DNA from: Heterostelium pallidum
Taxonomy: Eukaryota
Assembly (NCBI RefSeq): GCF_000004825.1
Contig: NW_008805103.1
Location: 119,941-183,940 of the forward strand
Length of the DNA: 64,000 nucleotides
Direction of reading: 5' to 3'
A program made the position numbers and the translations under genes. Below are positions 39,005 to 52,681 of the stretch, piece after piece. Position 1 is the stretch's first letter. Each line of letters starts with the position of its first letter. The notes beneath the pieces were generated by a model, which saw only the letters and a program-made list of their open reading frames with translations, made no database searches and was not told the origin of the DNA.

Positions 39005-41586
39005 ATGGGAAATGTAGATATTGAAATGAAAGATGATAAATCACCAACAGAAACAACAACAACAGAGACATCTACAACCAATAATAATAATAATAATAAT
39101 TTAGACGAAGAAATGAATGTTACTGAAACAACAGAAACAGAAACACCGACATCGACATCACCAACAACATCATCACCACCAACCTCTAGTAGCAATACAC
39201 ATACACCATCGATTGGTGGTGGTAGTGGTGGTGGTATTACAAACGAAGAGGATGATGAAGAAGAAGATTATATTGTAACGGAGGTACCTGTCTATCTCTC
39301 ACAGACACTGGCAGACAACTTGTTCCTCTTTCAATATCCACTGCGACAACCTTGGAGACCTTACGATATGAATCGACTCGAAGAACTTAGAATCAAGCCG
39401 AAACAACAGAAGGTAGAGATCGATCTTTCAATCGATATTGAATCCGACAATTTCAACGATCAATCAGATATCAAAACTGAAAAGAATACACTATCATCTA
39501 CATCCGTTGCACACAGAACAAACTATGCCGTTGGTATACTTAGAAATGGTAATATATATATAAGCAAATAATTAAACTATAATCTTAATCAAACTAAATT
39601 AACAACAAATCTATATATATAGATGAATTTCATTTAACACCTTTACAATCGATTATACAGTTAAGACCACATTTCAATGTTGTCGACGAGAAATATGAAG
39701 AGGAAAAGAAAGAGAAGAAAAGAGAGATCTTGGAGAGTGGTGAAGTTGACGAAGATGAAGATGATAAACCTCAACAAGTTGTATGTATATATTAGTTATA
39801 ACTATAAACAACATTCTATTTTATAATGTAATGTAAAACTAACATGTTTGATATGATAGTCATATAGAAAACCAAATGCAAAACAGGTGGCAGCGAATCA
39901 GCCGTTGAATGCGATCAAGAAGATGGAGGATGAAGAGAAGTGGATCAAACTGACGTTGGTTGACGATCGGCTGGATATCAATCTCGATGAACAATTCAAT
40001 AAGTTGATAGCACCCGTACAGGATAATATACATTTCGATTTGAATCCGATGCAGTATCTCGATTTGCTGTGTCCAAAGATACCCGAGGAATGGGTACCGA
40101 AGGAATCGCATGCACAAGAAACAACATCGCTCGAGGCAATCCATCAGATGCCATGGCAAAAGCAAATCCGACACATTCTCATGAACGGAAACGTTCTACC
40201 ATTCTCAAAGATCTACCAGCTGCTCTCTGACCACTCCATACCCGACTACGAAGTAGCTGCTGAACTTGAAAACATTGCATATCTACTTAAAGGTAGATGG
40301 GTAATTAAAAGGTAACTAATTAGTTATATAGAATATATACACAACAAATATATATACATTATAATGTTTAACGTTACTAACAAACTAACTAATTAATCTG
40401 TTAATATATATATATAAATTGTGTTTACAGTGATATTGTATATAAAGAATCGAGTCATATTATTGCAAGAGATTATTTGTTACAGTTGTATCTGGATAAT
40501 GATTCGGTTTGTAGAAAAGAGTTTGCAGAGAAAACGCTACTGAGTTCGGATTTCGCAAGAGATATGCTGGCAAAGATTGCCAATGTCGACTTGGTATCGA
40601 GAAGATGGTATCTGAAGCAACACGAAGACGAAGAATTCCTAACGAGATTCCCAATATTGGCAGAGAAACAAACTAAACTATTGAGAGATCAATATGATAG
40701 GTAAGTTTGCTAAGCTATTAATTGATTGATTGATTGATTCGTTGTCAACCAACCAACCAACTAACAACTAATTCTTTTCTTTAATTGGTTATTATTAGTG
40801 TTATACAATCATTGGAGAATCTATCGGATCCATCTTCGAATCCAATATTCGATATTATATCGAGAGGTATCGGTAAGGAACAACTTGGTCAACCATCAAA
40901 GACGGTTACTGCCACCGGTGGTAAAGACAAACAACAAGCCGGTGAAGCAAACGCTGCACCACAACAAGTCATTCCAGAGGATTTCACAGTGGGAACAACC
41001 ATCGAACAACAATTACTATTCTTTATTATCAATCTATTGAAAAATCATGGTGTTTGTTCAAATCTTTTCATCAAACAAAGTATTTCACAACAATCTGATA
41101 ATCGTAAGTTTTAACTTTTACATATATAATATCATACCTATTATTATTATAAACTAATTATTATACTACAATTAATTAGAAATGGCAAACAATCTATTGA
41201 GAGATCTTACAGATGATACTTTGGTAACTAGTACTTTGAATCTTGTTTGTGATAGAGCACATCATGCATATGTATTAAAGTCATCCGGTAATCCCAGTAT
41301 GGATAAAGTAAGTAAACAAAACAAAACATAAAAAACAAATGATTATCATCATCATCATCATCAAACTAAAAACGTAATCAATCAATAACTAATCATCAAA
41401 TTATAACAGTATCGTAGAGTTGTTATAGATCTATTTAAAAAGAAGATGATTCTTAAAAAGTCGGATGTTACCGATGCTTGTTTGAAGATTCTTGGTGAAG
41501 ACATTCCAGCAGGTATGAAAACAACGATCATGCATGAATTTGCATATCAAAAAGGAACGGCATGGGTATTTAAAGCTGGTAAATAA
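39005..41586 (+). CDS. rpc5: DNA-directed RNA polymerase III subunit RPC5 (POLR3E/C37 homolog); 7 exons: 39005..39548, 39623..39780, 39887..40311, 40431..40700, 40799..41103, 41180..41307, 41410..41586
   Basis: N-terminal VPVYLSQTLADNLFLFQYPLRQP and IKPKQQKVEIDLSID match human POLR3E (IDVYLAKSLAEKLYLFQYPVRP, IKPKQQKVELEMAID). Exon 2 begins DEFHLTPLQSIIQLRPHF, matching human GELHLTPLHGILQLRPSF. WVIKSDIVYKESS matches human WVVKSDILYPKDSS. Confidence 0.75.
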
Positions 41587-41668
41587 ATAATGAATGAATA
41601 ATTTCAAAATATTATTGCAATTCTCGAGTATTATAATGATCAAAAATACTACTACACACTTTATACAT

Positions 41669-43159
41669 TTATTTTATTTTATATTTAAATACTAAACATC
41701 TTATAATTCTACCTAAATCTTTTCCTTGACACTTCAATTCGAAACCATTGGATTCCATTATCTTTATGATATCATTCTCTTGGTTCATACCTATTTCAAA
41801 AACAACAAGACCATTGTCTCTATCCAATATATCTTTATCTACGATTGACTTGGCAATGATCTCATAATCTTTTAATCCATTGTTATCTGCAACCAATGCT
41901 GTCTTTGGTTCGAATCTATTAAAATAGCATATTTGTTAACAAATTATATAATCAATCATACATTTTAAATATAACAAACTTAACGTTAGTTATTATTTAC
42001 TTACAATTTAACAGTTGGATTTAAATTTATATAATCACTATGTGAAATATATGGTGGATTTGAAATGATAAGTTGATATTTCTTGTTATTAGATAATGAA
42101 GATAACCAATTTGATTGTATAAATTCGACTCTATTATTAATTATATTATTACTACTATTGTTATCACTACTATTCTGTTTATCAATTGATATACTATTAT
42201 ATTTTGCAATTTCAAGTGCATCCAATGATTGATCTACACCTACACCAGTTGCATTGGGGAATTCATTGAGTAACGATAATAGTAGACAACCGGTGCCAGT
42301 ACCCAAATCCAATATGTTGGTGGGTGAGAAGTTCTCATATTCTCTGAGCATCACGATTTGATCGATCAGTGTTTCACTATCGGGTCTAGGTATCAAAGTG
42401 GATCGATCACATCTAAATTGATGTTTCCAAAAGTATCTATAACCAACTATATATGCAATAGGTTCATCTTTGAATCTTCTACTTATTAATCTATTAGGTA
42501 GTAATGTAAAGTAAATTAATTAATTATTTGAAAATAAAATAAAAGTACAAGATATTTTCTACTACTACCACTACTCACTCTGAGAATTGTTGGTATTGTG
42601 AATCTGTTAGGTTTAATGTCGGTGGAATACGAGCGTTTGGTTTGAGTTGTAGTACATGTTCAATGAGTATTCGAGAATCTAGTATTGCACTCTCTTTGAT
42701 ATCATTGTTGGTCGACGACTTTAGAAACTTTCTTGAACTATCTAATAATTGCTTAGCATTAAAGTTATTACTATTATTATTATTATTATTAATGAATTTA
42801 GTAAATAATGACGAATTGTCGGCAGCAGCTGAGATACTACTTGTTGTTGTTGTTGTTGTTATTCCATTATCGTTATTATTGGAGTTGTTATTGGTATTTT
42901 CATTGTTACCAAAACTTTTCTTTGTGCTACAATAACAATTCTTTCTATAAAAATAGTTATTAATGATGCTAATGTTATAGTTGTTGTTTGAATTGATGTT
43001 ATTATTGATGCTAATGTTAATGTTGTTGCTATTGTTGATTTTTGGCAATGATAATAATCTACTATTTCCAAGGAAGTATTTATATCGATGATGAGACGAC
43101 AATAATGATGGTGTCAAGTCATGTTGAAGTTGAACTAACACCAATAAATGTTTATTCAT
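41669..43159 (-). CDS. HemK/PrmC-family protein-(glutamine-N5) methyltransferase (release-factor methyltransferase, MTQ1-like, probable mitochondrial presequence and Asn-rich insert); exons 43159..42579, 42490..42005, 41915..41669
   Basis: The NPPY motif (LIISNPPYISHSD) and the SAM-binding motif (ILDLGTGTGCLLLS) are present. EPIAYIVGYRYFW and LIPRPDSE are HemK signatures. Donors are GTGAGT and GTAAAT. Phases were checked. Confidence 0.7.
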
Positions 43160-44616
43160 TGTAGTGTGTGTTGTTTGCTAATGAAAAACAAAAAAACCGT
43201 TTAGTGTTGTTGTTTTTAGTAATGCCAATGACACAAAACTGTTTTAGTGATTCACCAACATATCTGGAGATTTTGATTTTACACTTTTTTTCTGATTTCT
43301 CAGTAAGTAAATCAAACAAAATATCAATTTGAAATTTCATTTGCAAATTAATTAATTCTAAACGAGGAAAGGGCAATGATAATAAACTATTAGTAATCAG
43401 AATCGCAGCATTTTTGGGAAATCCGACACATTTTTGTATTTCAATTTATTTGTTAAAAAAAAAGGTTAGGTTTACAGTACAGTTCTTCAATCCATGGTAT
43501 CGGCTCTTTTCAAAAACATGCATGAATCATTATTTTTTTTTTATTGATTTTTTTTTTTGTATCACTTTTTATTGTTTTTATTGTTTTTATTGTAACACAA
43601 TAATTTGGGAACTCTGAGTTGTTTTAGTTGTCAGACAACAAACAATTTTTTTTTCAAAAAAAAAAAACAAAAAACTAGCCCATGATGATGTAAGATAGCG
43701 TTACAACAATCTTAAATTTTAAAATAAAAAAAATAAATTGTTGTTTTATTGACTTTTGAATGACTGAATGTTACCTGATTGATTTTTTTTTGGTTTCTAT
43801 TTTTTGATTATTTAATATATATATATTTTTCTCATTAATTTTAGTAGTTATAATTTAATCACAATCAATCAAACAATCATTCATAATCAGTTAATTTAAA
43901 TATTGAATCGTGTTTAATATTCCTCAAAAAATTTAAACATTATAATTTCGTATTTTATTGTTTTGTGTGTGTGTTTGTGGTTATTCATATTAATATTAAT
44001 TAATAGTGTTTGTTTATTTTGTGGTTAATATTATTTAATTAAATAATAATAATAATTTGCAACATCAACAACAACAACAACACTCTTCTACTCACTATTT
44101 CTCTTCACTAAAGTCAAATAAACAATAATAATAACAACTAATAATAATAATAATAATCTATTACGAATCACACAATAATAAAAAAAATATTTGAAATTGA
44201 CTTTAGACTACACACATATAAAAATAAATACTAGTAAAATAAATATATTTATTATTTTTAATTATTACAAGAAGTGTCGTGTTTATCCATATGTGTGAAA
44301 GAGAAAATAAATAATATCAAAATTATTTTATTTTATTATAATTAAAAATAAATATAAATATATATCATTGTTATTTGAATTGATATTGATATTTGATTGA
44401 TAATATTTAAATTAATATCAATCAAATCAAATCAATTTAATCTTTATCTCTATCCATTTATTTTTATCATTATATCTTTTAGATTTAATTTTATTTATTA
44501 TAATTCCTACTGCTACTTTTTCAATTAACAGCTTTAAGTATTTAGTATTAGTATAAGTATAAGTATTGGTGTGGTGTTTAGTCTAAAAGTGAAATAATAT
44601 TATAATACTGCAGTAA

Positions 44617-45864
44617 ATGTCATCATTTGGATTTTGTGTGAATGGAAGTTCACCGGATACCTCTACGGAATACAATGATATATTGGTGCATATGAATGGA
44701 TTGAGTATAGCACTGGGAGTGGGATTAATCATAGGTGGTGTCATATCAACATTACCACAACACTACAAGATCTTGAAATCTAAATCTGCATCCGGTCTAA
44801 GTTATTTATGGCTGTTCCTTGGAAATGTCAATCAATTTTCTGCATGTGTAAATGCATGTATGTAATTATTCAATCGTTCATTCACAAACATAACATTCAT
44901 ACTCTAAATCCAAATTTAAAACTAATACTCTGTTAAATTAATTACTCAATTTTAGTTATGCTTAAATATCCACAAATAGATGCATGTACAAAATTAGGAT
45001 TTATGAAATGTGGACCATCTATGTTAGCACTCATTCAATTAGTTGCACTTTGGATGTTTACTTTTCCAATGTAATTAATATATACTTTGATAGATATAGA
45101 TATAGAATGGAATTGTGTTTTACTAATATATTAAATCTTTAGATATATTTTGTATATAATTTTCACACCGAATGATTTAAAGAGGATAAATGCAACAGGT
45201 GGAGATATAGTTTGGGCAAGAAGAGAATATAGATTTGGTAAAATATTTTTCGGATTGTTGATAATATTCTTAATGGTGATACCTGCAACGATGGCGGGTC
45301 TGTTGTATCAATACGGTCCATGTAAACATCCATCCTACATCTTTGGCTATACAATGGGTATCGTCTCAACCATAGTTACATTCATTCAATGGTCACCACA
45401 AATCTATAAAACATGGAGACAAAAGGTAAATAATTAACACTTATTATTATTATTATATTCTTTTACTTTTAATTTTACTTACTTTACTTTACTTTACTTT
45501 ACTTTACACACTTGTTTATTGGTATTGGTATTAGTCTGGTGGTACATTATCTATTACTATGTTATGGATTCAAGGTCCTGGTACTGTTATCACTATCTAC
45601 TTTTTGGTGTTTGTTTCACAGGAGAGCGTGTCGACATGGTTGTCCTATGTCAGTGCAGCACTACAGATTTTCATTCTATTGATCATGTTGATTTACTACA
45701 AGCACAAGAACAGAGATAATCAAGAGATCGTTACAATCGTCAACGAACCCAACGATCTTATCGACGAAGACCCATCTGCTTCAAGTGCTTCATTCACCAA
45801 CTACATAGCTGCTCACGAAGATTCACAACCTCTATTAAAGAAGAAACAAGTTACATATGGTTAA
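44617..45864 (+). CDS. PQ-loop repeat membrane protein (cystinosin / PQLC-family transporter-like), 4 exons: 44617..44857, 44956..45070, 45143..45425, 45535..45864
   Basis: There are two PQ-loop motifs (ISTLPQHYKILKSKSASGLS and IQWSPQIYKTWRQK) and several TM segments. Donors are GTATGT/GTAATT/GTAAAT and acceptors are TTTAG/TTAG. Confidence 0.7.
45477..45506. repeat. (TACTTT)5 microsatellite inside intron 3 of the PQ-loop gene
   Basis: ctttactttactttactttactttac seen in the sequence. Confidence 0.6.
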
Positions 45865-46535
45865 ATGCACTCTCTTTTCAACCTTATATAACTATATAAA
45901 ATATATAATTTAGATAATAGATATACATAGATACATAAATAGATATACATATATATTAAAAAAAACAAACAAAACGCATTATATATAACAAAGGCAATAG
46001 CAATAGCAACTAACAATAGCAACAACAACAATAATAATAATAATAACAATATATATAATAGAAGGAAAGAGAAATGTATAGACAAAATAGAAATATCCGA
46101 TTTTTTTAAATAGTAGCATTTAAATATCAATTATTACAACTTAACACAATCAAATCAATCAAATCATCTCGAAACACATGCTTGCTAGCATCCAATTAAC
46201 TAATCTTGTACAAACAAAATATCAATTTTTTTTTTTCTTTATTATTATCAAAAAAAAATATCATTAAAATTATTTTTTTTATAATAATTAGAAAAGTATT
46301 ATTCAAAACACAACAATGATTAGAAGTAGATTTCAAGACAATCTAACTTCTTTTTATAATTATCCGAATCTTATTTTTTAATAAAACTTACTTTAAATGT
46401 CAAACCAAATTATTGTAATTTTAAATTATTATGTTTTTTGACAATGATTTTGAAGATCGCATTCCGAAAAATAATTGTTAAACCCCAAAATATATTAAAC
46501 CGTATTCTGAAATGATTTATCATTATTAACAACAA

Positions 46536-46566
<31 letters not shown>

Positions 46567-46604
46567 CAAATAAGATATAATATTCAAAGTAAATATATTA
46601 AACT

Positions 46605-49106
46605 ATGAGATTAGTAGGATTAATTAGCGGTGGTAAAGATTCCATCTATAATCTATTGGAATGCGTTAGAAATGGACATACTATAGTTGCTTTAGCTCAT
46701 TTAGTTCCTCCTGTATCTGATCATGGTAAGTAAATATTGCTATAACTATTATTAATATATGTGTATTAATAGTTAATGAATCTACTACTATTATAATACA
46801 TAAAAATAAATAATTATACTATACAGAGGAAATAGATAGTTATATGTATCAAACAGTTGGTTTCAATGTAATTGAAGCTATTGCCGATGCATTGCAATTG
46901 CCATTGACACAAAGAACTATTGTTGGTAAACCAAAGTCACAAGATGAAATCTATAGAATTACAGATAACGACGAGGTAGAGGATCTCTACCAATTGTTGG
47001 CCGACGTAAAATCTAAACATCCAGATGTTCAAGGTGTTGCAAGTGGTGCTATTCTATCGACCTATCAAAGAATTAGAGTTGAAAATGTGTAAGTTAAAAC
47101 AATAACAATAACAATATTGTTGATACTAATACAGTAAAAACTAATCTCAAACATTAATGTTTACTATAATGCAGTTCATCTAGATTAGGATTAACAAGTT
47201 ATTGTTATCTCTGGAAGAGAGATCAAGATGAGCTACTTGGTGATATGATAGAGAGTAAGATGAATGCAATTCTAATCAAGGTTGCATCGATGGGACTCGA
47301 GCCAAAGAAACATCTATTGAAAACGATCGAAGAGTTGTATCCCGCTCTGAGGAAATTGAATCAACTCTACGGTGTCAATATCTGTGGTGAAGGTGGTGAA
47401 TATGAGTCATTGGTATTGGATTGTCCACTATTTAAAAAGAGAATACAATTGTAATTATCTATATATATATCTTGTGCAATTAATAATAATCATATTAATT
47501 TCGTTATTATTATTATTATTATTATTGTTATACATAAATTTAGAGATGAAACCAATATGAAAATACATGCAGACGATGCATTTGCACAGGTTGCTTTCAT
47601 TTCAATCGTAAAGTTTTCATTGGTGGAAAAGTCACCGGAGGAGTTGGAGGAGCAGAAACAATATCTACTTCCATTGAACGATGCTACTTCATTGAGAAAC
47701 AGATGGTCATATTTATTCGCTGAAATCGATACAACTTCAACAAAAGATCTATTACCATATGTACCAAGTTCTGCAACCTGTAAATTGCAAGAAGATTCAA
47801 ATACAACGGCTGGCAGCGGTTCTTCAGAGAATGTTTATAACACATTACAGCTAATTGAATCGAAATCAACTGGATTCTTTGTGATTCCTTCTTATTCGCC
47901 AGTCAGTAGTTCCGAGCTACCAAAGTCACCATCCGTATGTTTGGATATCATGTTACACCAACTCACCACATTGTTGGCACAGAACAGCTTGGATATGGAG
48001 AGTTTGCTCTATGTTAATCTGCATGTCAGTGACCTGGCCAATGAATTTGGAAATATCAACAAAGTGTACTACAAGTATTTCAAAGAGAATCCAGCTGCTC
48101 GTGCTTGTTTGCAAACCACTCTACCAAAAGGTCAATCAGTGATGTTTGATATCATCGGTTGTAGACAGCCAAAGAAAAACCTACATGTCCAATCGATCTC
48201 GAATTGGGCACCTGCTTGTATCGGTCCGTATTCACAGGCAACGTTTGTCAATGGTTTGGTTTTCATGGCTGGTCAAATCGGTTTGATTCCAGGTACTTTG
48301 ACTATGGTTCCCAGTGGTGTAGAGTCGGAACTCCAACAGATCCTAGTTAATCTCGTTAGTGTTTTCGATTCGGTTCCATCATCGCTGGAAAACACTCTAC
48401 ATGTAACCATCTTCCTCAAGGATATCAAACATTCCAACTTGGTAAGCCACTATCTAAAACAAGTGTTCAAACGCAACAAAGTCATGCCATTGTTTTTAAT
48501 GGTGGAAGCCGAAGCAATGCCAAGAGATGCACATATCGAGTTGTTGTTACTCAATGAAATGAAACCTGGTGATGATGATGAAGAAGAACAACAACAGAAT
48601 CAATTGAATCATTTCACAACTGACAAACACTTCCACGATACACAAAGAGGAATATTGACAGGCTATAACTCCTTGGTTACAACAAGCGTTGGACATTCGA
48701 CATTATTAAACTTCTTCCTCTCACTTGAAGATCTCAATCATCAAGACAACTTGTTTACACCACAGTTCCTTGCTGACTACTATTGTTCTTCTCTATCGGA
48801 TGTTTTAATCTCAACCATCTCAAAAATGAGACCATCCAATATTATCTATCTAAAGATCTATCATATCAGTTCACTTTCTTCAATTCAAAAAGGTAAGTAG
48901 TAATAATAATTATAAAATTCGAAAATTGGTTATGAAAAGAAAAACGACTAATTATTATAATTTTATTATTTTTAGATATTAAAGATAAATTATGTAAATC
49001 ACTTGGAAATATTCCAATTAGTTTTGTAATGGTTAATCGTTTATATGTTGAAGAGAATCCACATAATATCATTATAAACACAGAGATTATGGTATCAAAT
49101 AAATAA
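46605..49106 (+). CDS. dph6: Diphthine–ammonia ligase (DPH6/ATPBD4): N-terminal PP-loop ATP-binding domain plus two YjgF/RidA-like domains; 5 exons: 46605..46725, 46827..47088, 47175..47450, 47544..48892, 48976..49106
   Basis: MRLVGLISGGKDSIYNLLEC...IVALAHL matches human MRVAALISGGKDSCYNMMQC...IVALANL. EIDSYMYQTVG, ILSTYQRIRVENV and CGEGGEYESLVLDCPLFKKRI match the human protein almost residue for residue. The RidA-like block is YSQATFVNGLVFMAGQIGLIPGT. Confidence 0.8.
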
Positions 49107-49175
49107 TAAAATGTGGAAGAAAGTTAACTATTTTATAGATATATATTGATTTTATTTATAATGTTAATATATGAA

Positions 49176-50516
49176 TTATAATAAAATGAATGATAAGACT
49201 GAAATCAACAAGATTGTCAATTTCATGAATGGTGTGGTAATCGATGAGAATGATCCTGAATCAGAACCTGAACCGGTTGTAGAGGTGGTAGTGTTTGGAC
49301 CTGTTGTGGTACTGGTGGTTGGATCTGGGAAACAAGTTGGAGCAGCATTGTTGGTGTTTGGATTGAATTTGGTTGCTGGAATATTACCGTTCTCTCTTAG
49401 ACCAATGACACAGGTTGCCATGATAGAACCATCGTAGGTTGGGCTGGTAGTGTATGGCTTCGATCTAATGACGATGGAACGACCAAGAAGGTTTGGAATA
49501 CTGTCAAAGTATCCGATGTATGGTGTTGTCCAGTTGTAATAGGCAACATCGTTGTAATAAACACAGATGTTTCCGAGATCACCATAAAGACGAGTATTAT
49601 TGGTTGGAAGACCGTGAGTCTGATTGGAAAGTCCCCAAACTCCACCAGTTGAGCTTCCATCGGCAGTCAAACTGTCACCGAATTGGTTGATCGAAATACC
49701 TATTTGACCATCGGTTCCATTTACCATGGCAATGATATTAAGTCCCATTGGTTGGTTCGATCCAATAATGATATTCTTGATTTCAGTGATGAGAACGGTA
49801 CCGTTTACCAATGGATAGGCAGCAGTTGGTTGGAGGTAACAAACAGCACCATTTTGGATACCATTGTTTGGGATTTCACTGATGGCAGCATAGTTGGTTG
49901 ATTCATTCAACGAAGCCATTGGGGAAGTTGAAGGAATGAATTGTGGATTACCAATTCCCAAAACACATTGTGCAATAATATAGTTGCTATCGAATGGAGA
50001 TGTCGAAAGGGAAAATATTCTACCGACAACAGATTTTAATCCTGGACTCAAATTAAACATTGGAGTGGTGAAGGTTTGAGTCCAATTCATAGAGGTGGTT
50101 GTAAAAGTGGTTGAGCCAAGACATCCTGGAACTGTGCAATTATATTCATCATTGGGATTGTAACCGAAAACTGGGTTATTGGTATTCAACAAATTACCAT
50201 ATTGTCTGACTGTGGCATAAACGGTAGAAGAAACATTTTGGAATCCAGATGCAACAACTTGAACAGTATATTTTTCAGAAGAAGCTCCTGACTATAATTT
50301 AATAATAAGATATAAATTAAAATTTAAGCAGAATTTTACTATTGGTTTTTTAATACTTACATAATTTGAGATTAAAACATATCCATTAATATTGTTAGAA
50401 CCAACCGATTGAAGTTGACAGGAGGAATATTCAATTGGCTGTTGACATTGTCCCAGATTGACAAAAATAATATTGATAACAATGAATAGTAAGAGTGAAG
50501 ATGAAATAATTTTCAT
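49176..50516 (-). CDS. Secreted Cu/Zn-superoxide-dismutase-like beta-barrel domain protein lacking the metal-ligand histidines, with Ser/Thr-rich stalk and C-terminal hydrophobic (GPI-like) tail; exons 50516..50362, 50291..49176
   Basis: Signal peptide MKIISSSLLLFIVINIIFVNLGQC. ISINQFGDSLTADGSSTGGVWGLSNQTHGL...LYGDLGNICVYYND...GRSIVIRS resembles the SOD1 core ([21 protein letters not shown]...GDLGNV...GRTLVVHE). Only one His is retained. The C-terminus is MKLTILLISVLSFILL. The paralog at 51320–52681 is about 65% identical. Confidence 0.55.
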
Positions 50517-51319
50517 TTTTTGATTTTTGTTTTGGTTTCTGATTTGAAATGATGAATATCACAAGCAAATTCAAGTGTATTTATAGGTTTTAGTAAAGAT
50601 AACTTTTTTTTTAAAAAAATCAGAAAGTGATTTAAAAAAAAAAAAAAAAGATTTTTAATCTTTGGTTGGTATTCAAAAAAATCTGGCCTTGACCCCAGAA
50701 TATTTAGTTTAATTTTTAAATTCGTGAGACATAACGAAACTGCTAAATTAAAAACAATAGTTTTTTTTTTTTTTGATGTCTTGTCTTTCTGAAAAACTAA
50801 AAAATATAAATTTTATTATTAAATATCAAAAGGGTTATATATTGAATCTCTTTTTGGTCTTTTTCATTATTTGATTTCAAGTCTTTGGCTAATTTAGCTA
50901 TAATTTGCGATATAGAAATAACAATTGTTACCAAGATAAAAATAACAAAAAATTTGAGTTTAAAAAAAAAAATCTTCATCTTCAGGTGGATACAAGATTC
51001 TTTTATATGATTATTTTAACAAAATAAACTCGAAAAAAAAAAATATAACTAGAGCAAATATCACTTTTTTGATTTTGTTAAAAAATAATCTTTAATGGGT
51101 TTTATCCTTTTTTTTTGGGGAGGAGATACTTTGAAATAATCCTGGTAATCAAAAAAAACTAATAAAAATAAAATAAATAATAAAAAATAAAAATAATTAA
51201 AAATGTGTTATTTCATTTTATAGGTTTGTTTATTTATGCAATATTTTTGCAAAATGAACATAAAAGCGATGCAAAATTTTTTCATTTTTTGGGGGGAGGG
51301 ATAAAATGAAACACAAATA

Positions 51320-52681
51320 TTAGAATAAAATAATAGATAAAACCGAAAGAATAACAGTTATCTTGATTATTGGAGTTGTGATTGATGAGAATGATCCTGA
51401 GTCATGACTAGAGGTAGAGTTGTTGTCACCACTTGATGTTGTATTGGTATCTGGAGTTGGTAAGCAAGTTGGTGGAGCATTGTAAATGTTTACTTGTAAG
51501 TTGGTTGAAGGAATGGCTGTACCTTCTCTCAATCCAATGATACAAGTTGCCATGATGGATCCAGAGTAGGTTGGATTGGCAGTGTATAGTTGTGATCTGA
51601 CGACGATCGAACGACCAAGAAGATTTGGAATAGTGTCAAAGTAACCGATGTATGGTGTTGTCCAATTGTAAGTTGCGACATCGTTGTAGTACATACAGAT
51701 ATTTCCAATGTCACCGTAGAGACGAGTGTTATTAGAGGCAAGACCGTGAGTTTGGTTGGCAAGTCCCCAAATATCACCACAAGAACTTCCGTCGTCGGTC
51801 ATTGCATCACCGAATTGGTTGATTGAAATTCCTAGAGCTGGTTTAGTATTTGGTGCTCCATTTACCCATGCAATGATATTGATTCCATTTCCTCTTTTCG
51901 ATCCTTCTTTGGCACTCTTGACTTCAGTGATGAGAATACTTCCATTAACAGTTGGGAAGTCTTTGGTTGGTTGGAGGTAACAGACTGCACCATTCTCAAT
52001 AGCATTTCCTTCGATGTCACTGATGGCAGCTTGGTTAGTGGCATCCTTTACCGCAATCAAAGGGGAGTCAGCTGGAATGAATTTTGGATTACCAATTCCC
52101 AAAACACATTGAGCAATAATGTCTTTAGGATCGGATTCCGAAGTGGAAATAGCGAAGGTTCTTCCAATGATTGACTTTAAACCTGGGCTCAAATTGAAGA
52201 GACCATTGGTAAAGTCGGCAGTCCAATCGATTTCAGAGGCTTTAACATCAGCAGAACCAATACAACCTGGTGCGGTGGCACAATCGTATGGATTTTTACC
52301 GTCAAAACCGAAAACTGGATTCGCAGTGTTTTGTAGATCACCATACTGTCTAACGGTAGCAAATACACTAGTGGCCTGAGCATCCAATCCAGATGCAACC
52401 AAATAAACATTGTATAGCTTTGTAGAAGTTCCAGACTAAAGACAGAAAATAAATTAATATTATTATTTATTCTTTATTGTTGTTTATTTATTTTTTATTT
52501 TTATTTTAATAATAATACTTACATAGTCTGAGAATAAAACATAACCATTAATTTTGTTTGTACCGATTGATTGGAGTTGACATGATGCATACTCAATTTT
52601 ATCAGGTACTTGACCTTGTACAATACCAAGTATAATAAGGTTGATTAAAAAGATAAGAGATAAAATATGTGTGATATTCAT
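51320..52681 (-). CDS. Secreted Cu/Zn-SOD-like domain protein paralog 2 (same architecture; His ligands absent); exons 52681..52524, 52435..51320
   Basis: Signal peptide MNITHILSLIFLINLIILGIVQG. The core is ISINQFGDAMTDDGSSCGDIWGLANQTHGL...LYGDIGNICMYYND...GRSIVVRS. The C-terminus is IKITVILSVLSIILF. The intron position is the same as in paralog 1 (GTAAGT...TTTAG). Confidence 0.55.

Noticed and set aside
41885-41925. tRNA-like T-loop string GGTTCGAATC
   Set aside because: It lies within the last coding exon of the HemK-like gene (…FEPKTALVADNNG). No acceptor or anticodon stems can be drawn, and no other tRNA-like cloverleaf was found in the window.
42642-43071. ORFs 42642–42935 (+) and 42859–43071 (-)
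   Set aside because: They fall inside the Asn-rich N-terminal exon of the HemK-like gene and are low-complexity artefacts.
45861-46130. Poly-Leu ORF downstream of the PQ-loop gene
   Set aside because: It is a translation of simple-sequence (TTA/TAA-rich) 3' flanking DNA, and no coding signal is present.
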